A stretch of 17,110 nt of DNA from Candidatus Aenigmatarchaeota archaeon (GTDB lineage: Archaea; Aenigmatarchaeota; Aenigmatarchaeia; GW2011-AR5; JAGGXF01): assembly GCA_029932645.1 (NCBI GenBank), contig JAOZPR010000002.1:1-17110 (forward strand), given 5' to 3'. A program made the position numbers and the translations under genes. Position 1 is the first letter of the stretch; every line of letters starts with the position of its first letter. Shown piece by piece: positions 8,454-14,974 of the stretch. Below the pieces are notes generated by a model. That model saw nothing but the letters and a program-made list of their open reading frames with translations. It was not told the DNA's origin and made no database searches.

Positions 8454-9053
8454 CTATTTATCATGTTTTACCTCTTCTTTGTCTTCTTTTGCTGGCTTCC
8501 CTTTTTCTTCTTTTTTGCCTTCTTCCTTTTCTTCCGCTTCTTTGTTTTCTTTTTTTTCGGCCTTTGGCTTTTCATCTTTCGGCTTCTCTTCCTTTTCTTT
8601 GGTCGGCTCTTCTTTCTTTTTCTCCTCAGCAGGCTTTGCTTCTTTTTCCTTGGGAGCAATTATTTTATCCAGAGGAGTAGCGCCTTCTTTAACAACCACA
8701 CAGTTTATCTGTGTGATGTCCTTATCAATAGTATTACCGCGTATCATTTTTCTTCGTCTCAGACCCTTAATCTTGACGACTTTTTTTCTTATGAGCTTTT
8801 TTCCTGAAAAACCAATGCCTTTTGTGAGAACTATCCTTTTTCTGACAGTTCCGTTGAGGTCCGGTCTCATTGGAGAACCATCCTTGTCAGAACCGCCGGT
8901 TATCTTAAGTTCATAACCTTCCAACCCAATTAAGCCAGCAGAAAAAGTATCTCCAATCTTTCTACCAAAGAGAGCTTCACATTCTTTCTGTTCTTTCTCT
9001 ATTTGATAGCATTTTCCTTTCTTTGAACCGACAACAAACTTAAATACAGCCAT
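8454..9053 (-). CDS. rps6e: 30S ribosomal protein S6e with K/E-rich C-terminal tail
   Basis: LKITGGSDKDGSPMRPD, GLRRRKMIRGNTI, ITQINCVVV. SD GAGGTGA upstream. Usual position before aIF2-gamma. Confidence 0.96.
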   Translation of the reverse strand: MAVFKFVVGSKKGKCYQIEKEQKECEALFGRKIGDTFSAGLIGLEGYELKITGGSDKDGSPMRPDLNGTVRKRIVLTKGIGFSGKKLIRKKVVKIKGLRRRKMIRGNTIDKDITQINCVVVKEGATPLDKIIAPKEKEAKPAEEKKKEEPTKEKEEKPKDEKPKAEKKENKEAEEKEEGKKEEKGKPAKEDKEEVKHDK

Positions 9054-9080
9054 CTAATCACCTCAGTTTTGCACAGCCGC

Positions 9081-9109
9081 TGCTGCGAAGCAGCAACTCA
9101 AGCCGAGTT
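9081..9109 (-). promoter_or_regulatory. Two adjacent hairpins in the presumed rps6e 5' leader
   Basis: TGCTGC-GAA-GCAGCA (9081-9095) and AACTC-AAGCC-GAGTT (9095-9109), a GC-rich patch in AT-rich intergenic DNA. Confidence 0.35.
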
Positions 9110-9196
9110 TTTCCACTCTTATTATTTTATATTTTAAACAATGTTTAAATATGGACAGAAAGATTTTTAAAGGGGATTTGGCGGTATTTCTGAGAT

Positions 9197-9607
9197 TTAG
9201 TTTTTCGCCTTCTTAAAAAGCAGCCACGCCTTTGCCCCAGCCTTTTTGAATATAACAAGACAATAAACGCCTTTCAGCTTCTTGCCATTGAGTTTGAATA
9301 TCATCTTGTTCTTCGTCTTCTCTATGAGTTCATATGTGCCCGTGTCCCATATCTCAACCGTGCCTGCGCCATAATGGCCTTTTGGTATTGTTCCTTCGAA
9401 CTTTGCATAAGCGAGGTCGTGGTCGTTGACTTGTATGGCCAATCGTTTGATGCCTGTGGATTTTGGAGGAATCTTTGGAATGGCCCAGCTCTTTAGAACG
9501 CCGTTCATCTCGAGACGAAAATCATAATGTAGGTGCGTTGCACGATGCTTCTGGACGACAAAGATGAGATTTTTTGGTTTTTTGGATTTCTTCGTTTTTG
9601 GTGGCAT
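9197..9607 (-). CDS. Stand-alone DNA ligase D 3'-phosphoesterase (PE) domain protein
   Basis: FVVQKHRATHLHYDFRLE, GVLKSWAIPK, KRLAIQVNDH..Y..FEGTIPKGHYGAGTVEIWDTGTY and FKLNGKKLKGVYCL are LigD PE signatures. No ligase or polymerase domain. Confidence 0.93.
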   Translation of the reverse strand: MPPKTKKSKKPKNLIFVVQKHRATHLHYDFRLEMNGVLKSWAIPKIPPKSTGIKRLAIQVNDHDLAYAKFEGTIPKGHYGAGTVEIWDTGTYELIEKTKNKMIFKLNGKKLKGVYCLVIFKKAGAKAWLLFKKAKN

Positions 9608-9608
9608 G

Positions 9609-11354
9609 TCAAACGCCCCAGAACTTGTCCTTAGCCTGTTTGATGTTTTTGATTTCTTCCAACGTGGCTTTTTCAGAATCGCTCAGCAGGTCCTTGTATT
9701 TCTTGAGCGTTTTATATTCCTCGCCTGTGAGGTCTGTGAAAAAGACATCGCCTTCTTTTGTGTGTCTGCCGATTGTCAGCCCGAGGATAGATATGGCAAC
9801 CTTGTCACTGGTCTTGGCCTCGTCCACATTTTTGCCTTCTGATTGTATCTGCTTAATCTCGCCTGTTATGCTATCGTTATCCTGCTTTACGACCTTTGCA
9901 CCAGCCCTGACCAATCCGCCAAGAATCTCGCATCCTACTATCGCCGGGTTGCTCGCACGAAAGATGCAACCAGGAAGAATCTTGAATTTAGCCGGCCGCG
10001 TTATGCCTTCTATTTCCCTTTCTTTTATTTCCTTTTTCTTTGCCTTCCTGAATTCTTCATAACGTTCTTTCAGCCGGTATATAATATCAGAATCTATAAT
10101 CTCTATTTTCTTATCTTTTGCCATATGAACAGCCTCATCTGTTGCGGAAACGTCGAAGCCGATGACAACACGCAGAAACTCGTCTTTGTTTGCTTCTGCA
10201 TCTATTATATCCTTCTTGGTTATGTCGCCGATATTGGCGGTCTTTATCGGATAGCCGCTGAATATGTGGTTCAACGCTTCCAGACCACCGATGGTACTGG
10301 CATGGAGCACAATACCTTCTTCCTCTGTTTTTACCACACCCAACTCTTTTTTCATATCATCAGCAACAGTTCTTGCCTCTTCTTCTGTTGGCACTATCAT
10401 GAGTTCTGAGCCAGCTATGACTTTGTCCAGCCCAGGAGCAACTATCTTAACACCCATGGCCGCTTCCACTTTATCTATGGGCTTAAACTTATGTTCCACT
10501 CTTATATCTCGTAATGGCTCTGGAACAAGCAGGGCCTTTATTTTTGTCACGATAGGCTCTTTCCCACCGATAACCAAATAGTCATTCTTTGTTGCAGAAC
10601 CATCATGAATCACAGCATCAATCGCTGTTCCAAGGCCGCGTACCTCTTTGACTTCTAGTACCAGCCCCTTGCACTTTTCTCCAACACTTAGCTTGGACTG
10701 CAGAAACTGTTGGGACAGTCCTGTAAGCACGGTCAGCAGTTCTGGCACACCTTCACCAGTTTTTGCAGATATCGGAACAATTGCGAGCTTTTTTGTGAAG
10801 TTTTCTATTCTGTCAAATCTTTCAGAATCAAATCCATAGTTTGCAAGAGCACCAACAATCTTGTAAAACATCTCCTCAAAAAGTGCTCGGACATCCTCTG
10901 TCTGATTGGGGTAATTCTTCAAGAAGCAGTCATCCTTGCTTTGCCAGCCGTGTATTTTGTCTATCTTATTCACAGCAACCACGAACGGCGTCTTTGTCCT
11001 TTTGAGCATTTCTATACTTTCTTCTGTCTGCGGTTTTATTCCCTCGCTTATGTCTATTAGAAGAACAGCTATATCTGCTATTGAGCCGCCACGCTCGCGC
11101 ATTCCGACAAAGCTTGCATGCCCTGGTGTGTCAATGAAAAGCAGGCCAGGAATTTCTATTTCAATATTAAATTTCTCAAGAAGCGGGCCGCAGAGTTTTT
11201 TTATGGTCTCTACAGGAACCTGGGTTGTCCCTATATTTTGTGTGATGGCTCCTGCTTCTTTTGCTGCGACAGTCGTATGTCTGATATAATCAAGCAGCGT
11301 TGTCTTCCCATGATCAACGTGCGCTACTATGGTTACTATCGGCTGCCGTATCAT
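9609..11354 (-). CDS. infB: Translation initiation factor IF-2 (aIF5B)
   Basis: MIRQPIVTIVAHVDHGKTTLLD, EAGAITQNIG, PGLLFIDTPGH, NKID, IFRASNPAIVG. SD GGTGA places the start at ATG 11354 (track start is TTG 11366). Confidence 0.97.
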   Translation of the reverse strand: MIRQPIVTIVAHVDHGKTTLLDYIRHTTVAAKEAGAITQNIGTTQVPVETIKKLCGPLLEKFNIEIEIPGLLFIDTPGHASFVGMRERGGSIADIAVLLIDISEGIKPQTEESIEMLKRTKTPFVVAVNKIDKIHGWQSKDDCFLKNYPNQTEDVRALFEEMFYKIVGALANYGFDSERFDRIENFTKKLAIVPISAKTGEGVPELLTVLTGLSQQFLQSKLSVGEKCKGLVLEVKEVRGLGTAIDAVIHDGSATKNDYLVIGGKEPIVTKIKALLVPEPLRDIRVEHKFKPIDKVEAAMGVKIVAPGLDKVIAGSELMIVPTEEEARTVADDMKKELGVVKTEEEGIVLHASTIGGLEALNHIFSGYPIKTANIGDITKKDIIDAEANKDEFLRVVIGFDVSATDEAVHMAKDKKIEIIDSDIIYRLKERYEEFRKAKKKEIKEREIEGITRPAKFKILPGCIFRASNPAIVGCEILGGLVRAGAKVVKQDNDSITGEIKQIQSEGKNVDEAKTSDKVAISILGLTIGRHTKEGDVFFTDLTGEEYKTLKKYKDLLSDSEKATLEEIKNIKQAKDKFWGV

Positions 11355-11469
11355 AACAATCACCAAATTTCTGCCACTAAACTTATTGTAAGCAACAATT
11401 TAAAAAGTAATTTTTATCAGCAGATAAGAAGTAAATATTGTTTGGTTCTCATGCCTATCTACTATCTGT

Positions 11470-11988
11470 TTACCTATCGTATATTTCTTCAGGTCTGAAC
11501 CACAGCGCAATTTCTTTTTCAGCCTCTTCTATAGTTTCAGAAGCGTGAACGATATTATGAACAGTTCTGCCTTCTTCGTTTGCCGCTACTATTGAATCGT
11601 TGCTCAGGTCGCCGCGAATGGTTCCGGGTTCTGCCTTGCACGGGTCTGTGTAACCAGATATCTGTCTGAGTTTCTTAACAGCGTTCTCGCCCTGTAAAAC
11701 CATGGCCACAACAGGGCCAGATGTTATATATTCCCTAAGCCACTGAATAATTTTCTTCCCCTGTTCTATAGGGTCATCTGCTTTGTAACCGTTTTTTATG
11801 CCCTTTTCTCCAAGGCTTTCTATCATTGAGTCTGGATAGTGCTTTGTAGCTAAATCAAGATTAGCCTTTACCATTTTAATGGCTACTATTTTCAGCTCCG
11901 CAGCTTCCATTCTTTTTATGACTTCGCCTATGATATTTCGCTTTACAGCCTCTGGCTTTATCAGTGCCAGGGTCCTTTCGTTTTCCAT
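11470..11988 (-). CDS. ndk: Nucleoside diphosphate kinase
   Basis: ERTLALIKPEAVKR, YITSGPVVAMV, AEPGTIRGD, catalytic NIVHASE, EIALWF. Confidence 0.96.
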   Translation of the reverse strand: MENERTLALIKPEAVKRNIIGEVIKRMEAAELKIVAIKMVKANLDLATKHYPDSMIESLGEKGIKNGYKADDPIEQGKKIIQWLREYITSGPVVAMVLQGENAVKKLRQISGYTDPCKAEPGTIRGDLSNDSIVAANEEGRTVHNIVHASETIEEAEKEIALWFRPEEIYDR

Positions 11989-12036
11989 TCATATCATCCT
12001 ATGCTTTCAGTTAAAGAATATAATATGGCGCCACGG

Positions 12037-12052
12037 TATTTAAAATTTTTTA
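12037..12052 (-). promoter_or_regulatory. Putative BRE/TATA promoter of ndk
   Basis: Minus strand reads AAAAAATTTTAAATA, about 50 nt upstream of the ndk ATG. Confidence 0.45.
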
Positions 12053-12077
12053 ATGTCCCTCTATTTTCTTTTCAGCA

Positions 12078-12095
12078 CACTATTAACACTATTAA
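12078..12095. repeat. 9-bp tandem duplication
   Basis: CACTATTAA x2, just downstream of the rps10 stop. Confidence 0.7.
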
Positions 12096-12108
12096 GTTTG
12101 GTTATAGC

Positions 12109-12435
12109 TCAATCAGTAAGTTCTATTTCTATGTTAACATCACGCGGTATTGGAATTCTGGTTATCTGTCTTAGTACGCGCTCGTTCGCACCAACATCAA
12201 GAACACGCTTATGGATACGCATCTCCCATTTTTCCCAGTTCTTTCCGCCGCCTCCGCGGTGCATGCCATCGCCGCACGGCGTTTTCATAACAGGGATTTT
12301 TATTCGCTTTGTGGGCAAGGGAATCGGTCCAGATACAGCTACACCTAACTTTTCTGCCGTATCCTTAATCTCATTGCAAATATTATCCAGCTGTTTCGGG
12401 TCACGCCCAGCCAGCTTTATTCTTGCCTTTTGCAT
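12109..12435 (-). CDS. rpsJ: 30S ribosomal protein S10 (uS10)
   Basis: MQKARIKL, VSGPIPLPTK, KTPCGDG...WEKWEMRIHKR, IPRDVNIEIEL. A TATA-like TTTTTATA about 24 nt upstream supports leaderless ATG 12435. Confidence 0.96.
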   Translation of the reverse strand: MQKARIKLAGRDPKQLDNICNEIKDTAEKLGVAVSGPIPLPTKRIKIPVMKTPCGDGMHRGGGGKNWEKWEMRIHKRVLDVGANERVLRQITRIPIPRDVNIEIELTD

Positions 12436-12493
12436 AGGAAAAATAATCACTAATTAACTATAAAAATGTTTCTAATCCGCTCTTTTGAGTTTT

Positions 12494-12540
12494 TCAGGCA
12501 GAGTCAGGCAGAGTCATGTGTTTTAATTATGTTTTAATTA
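12494..12540. repeat. Two adjacent perfect tandem duplications
   Basis: TCAGGCAGAG x2 plus TCA (12494-12516); TGTTTTAATTA x2 (12519-12540). Confidence 0.85.
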
Positions 12541-12562
12541 TTTTTGGCGTTAAATCATCCTT

Positions 12563-13837
12563 ATGAATATCTGCATAGAGACATACGGATGCGCTGCGAA
12601 TCAGGCCGACAGCGAAATCATGGCAGGCCTGCTGACACAGGCAGGTTTTGATATCGTAGCGGACGCAGGCATAGCTGATGTAGTCATAGTTAACACCTGC
12701 ATAGTCAAAGGCACGACAGAACGAAGAGTCACGTCGAGGATAAAAAAGATTGAAGAAACTGATAAAAAGCTTGTCATCGCAGGCTGCATGCCAGAGGCAA
12801 TGTACAAACAACTGCGTGCAATCACGAGCGCGCCTGTAGTCGGACCTTATCAAATCAAGAAAATCGCCGCTATTGTAAAAGCAGCAATAGAAGACAAGCA
12901 GGCAGAACTAATCAGTGGCTATTGCGAAAAAACACTCCTGCCGAAAATCAGGAGAAACCCTGTTATTGATATTATTCAAATAGAGCACGGCTGCCTTTCC
13001 GCTTGTTCGTTCTGCATCACAAGAAAGGCCCGTGGTGCGCTGCGCTCAGAGAAACTTGGCAATATAGTTAAAGAGGTCTCACTTGCTCATAAAGCAGGCG
13101 TAAAAGAGTTCTGGTTCACTGGCCAGGACATTGGCTGTTATGGTTTTGATGCAGGCACAACCCTTTCTGAGCTTATCAACGCTGTCGTAGCCGAGGTCAG
13201 AGGAAAGTATTTTATCCGCCTCGGTATGATGAACCCACAGCACGTAAGGCGAATTTTGCCAGAGCTCATAGATGCATACAGACATGAGCAGGTATTCAAG
13301 TTTCTGCACATACCTGTCCAATCGGGCTCCAATAGCATTCTGAAGAGCATGCGACGCGGCCACACAGCAGAGGATTTTGTGCAGGTTGTCGATAAATTCA
13401 GAAAAGCCTTGCCAGATATAACAATCTGGACAGATGTCATAGTGGGATATCCTGGCGAGACAGACGAAGACTTTCAGAAAACAATAGCCTTAATCAAACA
13501 AACCCATCCAGATTATGTAAACATATCAAGATTCACGCCAAGACCGAACACAAAAGCAGCAAAAGAAAAACAGCTGTCAACACAAATAAAGAAGCAGAGG
13601 AGCAGGATTATGACAAAAATAGTTGACGATGCGTGCATAAAACAAAACAAGAAATGGGTTGGCTGGGCTGGCAATGCGCTTATAGACGAGTACAATCGTG
13701 CAAAGCAGACATGGGTCGCAAGGAATTATGCGTACAAACCTATTGCGCTGAAAGGCAGCTACAGGCTTGGACAATTTGTTAAAGTAAAAGTGAAAGACGC
13801 AGCGCAGACACATCTTGTTGGCGAGCCGATGGAGTAG
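12563..13837 (+). CDS. tRNA t6A37 methylthiotransferase (archaeal e-MtaB/CDKAL1-like radical SAM enzyme)
   Basis: UPF0004 domain (ETYGCAANQADSE, VNTCIVK, IAGCMP), radical SAM CLSACSFC, GQDIGCYG, IRLGMMNP, FKFLHIPVQSGSN, DVIVGYPGET, C-terminal TRAM-like domain. Confidence 0.92.
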   Translation: MNICIETYGCAANQADSEIMAGLLTQAGFDIVADAGIADVVIVNTCIVKGTTERRVTSRIKKIEETDKKLVIAGCMPEAMYKQLRAITSAPVVGPYQIKKIAAIVKAAIEDKQAELISGYCEKTLLPKIRRNPVIDIIQIEHGCLSACSFCITRKARGALRSEKLGNIVKEVSLAHKAGVKEFWFTGQDIGCYGFDAGTTLSELINAVVAEVRGKYFIRLGMMNPQHVRRILPELIDAYRHEQVFKFLHIPVQSGSNSILKSMRRGHTAEDFVQVVDKFRKALPDITIWTDVIVGYPGETDEDFQKTIALIKQTHPDYVNISRFTPRPNTKAAKEKQLSTQIKKQRSRIMTKIVDDACIKQNKKWVGWAGNALIDEYNRAKQTWVARNYAYKPIALKGSYRLGQFVKVKVKDAAQTHLVGEPME

Positions 13838-13838
13838 C

Positions 13839-13916
13839 GAAAGCTTTAAATAGTTTATGTTATATATATCTAACATAAAGTTAACTAAATATAACAAAAT
13901 GTTTAAAATAAGTAAC
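13839..13916 (+). promoter_or_regulatory. BRE/TATA promoter followed by three palindromic GTT(A/T)-N8-TAAC operators at 21-bp spacing
   Basis: GAAAGC-TTTAAATA (13839-13852). TTTATGTTA-N8-TAACATAAA (13854-13879), GTTA-N8-TAAC (13880-13895), GTTT-N8-TAAC (13901-13916). Confidence 0.75.
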
Positions 13917-13930
13917 AGGAGGATAATAAA

Positions 13931-14320
13931 ATGAAAATAACAAAATTGAATAAATTTAGATTCATGTTTGGGTCAATATTATTACTTATAGCAGCGGCCC
14001 TTTTGATATTCTGGAATAACATAGATAGCATCTTTATAACAATATTTATAGCAGGAGGAGTGACGAGTATTATAACTGGATTTTCTAGACATCTTAAAGG
14101 TCAACCAGAGGTAGACGAGAGAACAAAGAAAATAAGTGCGTTTGCAACAACATACTCTTGGTTTATAACATTAATTTTCATCAGCGTTTTGGTATTGCTC
14201 AATCATTTCAGCCGGCTGAAAGTGAGTGTTACACAAGTGCTTGGTCTAATACTTTTTGTGATGCTAGCAACTATGTTATGGATGCGTGTGTATTTCAAGC
14301 GAAGAGGAGATATAGAATAA
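13931..14320 (+). CDS. DUF2178-like membrane protein
   Basis: Four TM segments with DERTKKISAFATTYSW motif. SD AGGAGG. Paired with an XRE regulator, as is typical for this family. Confidence 0.75.
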   Translation: MKITKLNKFRFMFGSILLLIAAALLIFWNNIDSIFITIFIAGGVTSIITGFSRHLKGQPEVDERTKKISAFATTYSWFITLIFISVLVLLNHFSRLKVSVTQVLGLILFVMLATMLWMRVYFKRRGDIE

Positions 14321-14370
14321 GAGTGTGAAGTGGATACTACAGTAGAAAAGGTCTGGATTAGTGGTATAAA

Positions 14371-14571
14371 ATGAAAACAAGAATCAAAGAATTCAGAGCC
14401 AGATATAACCTGACACAAGAAGATTTGGCAAAAAAAGTAGGCGTGAGAAGAGAGACAATCGTTTTCCTGGAGAAAGGAAGATATAACCCTTCACTAAGGC
14501 TAGCCCACAAAATCGCAAAAGTCCTAAAGTCTCGAATAGAAGATGTTTTCATTTTTGGTAAAAAGGAATAA
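14371..14571 (+). CDS. XRE/Cro-family helix-turn-helix transcriptional regulator
   Basis: [45 protein letters not shown] ... IEDVF. Confidence 0.93.
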   Translation: MKTRIKEFRARYNLTQEDLAKKVGVRRETIVFLEKGRYNPSLRLAHKIAKVLKSRIEDVFIFGKKE

Positions 14572-14585
14572 ATTTCAGCAATCGG

Positions 14586-14972
14586 CTATAAGACAAGCCC
14601 GACAATTATGCTAACTATTTTAGTGTAAAGCAAAATCTGGTAAATGATAAATGCAACCACGGCTATCTTAAGATTTGTGACAGCGTCTTTTTTCAGGATT
14701 ATTTGGCCAAGAACAAACCAGACTAATAATGGCATTAGAACAAAACCAACCACTGGTATGTATCGTGCCAGCAAGGCCTGCGCGAGCGGTGTCAAAAAGT
14801 ATGCAAGGAAGGACATTACTAAGATTTGTTTCATTTCCATTTCATGTCCGATGATCGCATCTGAGAGCAGTATGGCAATGAAAATTACTGCCGTTGAAAC
14901 AAGAAGCCCAACAATGCCTGCCACGCTTGTTGGCACAACTGCGAACAATATTGATGGATCCAATATCCTCAC
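14586..14972 (-). CDS. Hypothetical 4-TM membrane protein (start may be TTG 14963)
   Basis: Hydrophobic 128-aa ORF starting 2 nt after the gatE stop. GGTGAGG could serve as SD for TTG 14963. Confidence 0.7.
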   Translation of the reverse strand: MRILDPSILFAVVPTSVAGIVGLLVSTAVIFIAILLSDAIIGHEMEMKQILVMSFLAYFLTPLAQALLARYIPVVGFVLMPLLVWFVLGQIILKKDAVTNLKIAVVAFIIYQILLYTKIVSIIVGLVL

Positions 14973-14974
14973 CT

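Noticed and set aside
8100..8807. 235-aa Phe-rich + strand ORF and other ORFs overlapping rps6e/eif2g
   Set aside because: Antisense shadow of the K/E-rich S6e tail (AAA/GAA codons read as TTT/TTC).
11290..11330. aIF5B P-loop reads AHVDHGKT rather than GHVDHGKT
   Set aside because: Ala at this position is common in translational GTPases (EF-2/EF-G); unlikely to matter.
9609..11354. Possible intein in aIF5B
   Set aside because: Length (about 581 aa) is normal and no intein motifs are visible.
9564..11498. + strand ORFs opposite infB
   Set aside because: Antisense shadows of a conserved gene.
11989..12108. Possible tRNA near rps10 or in other intergenic gaps
   Set aside because: No cloverleaf or T-loop GTTC(G/A)A consensus was found.
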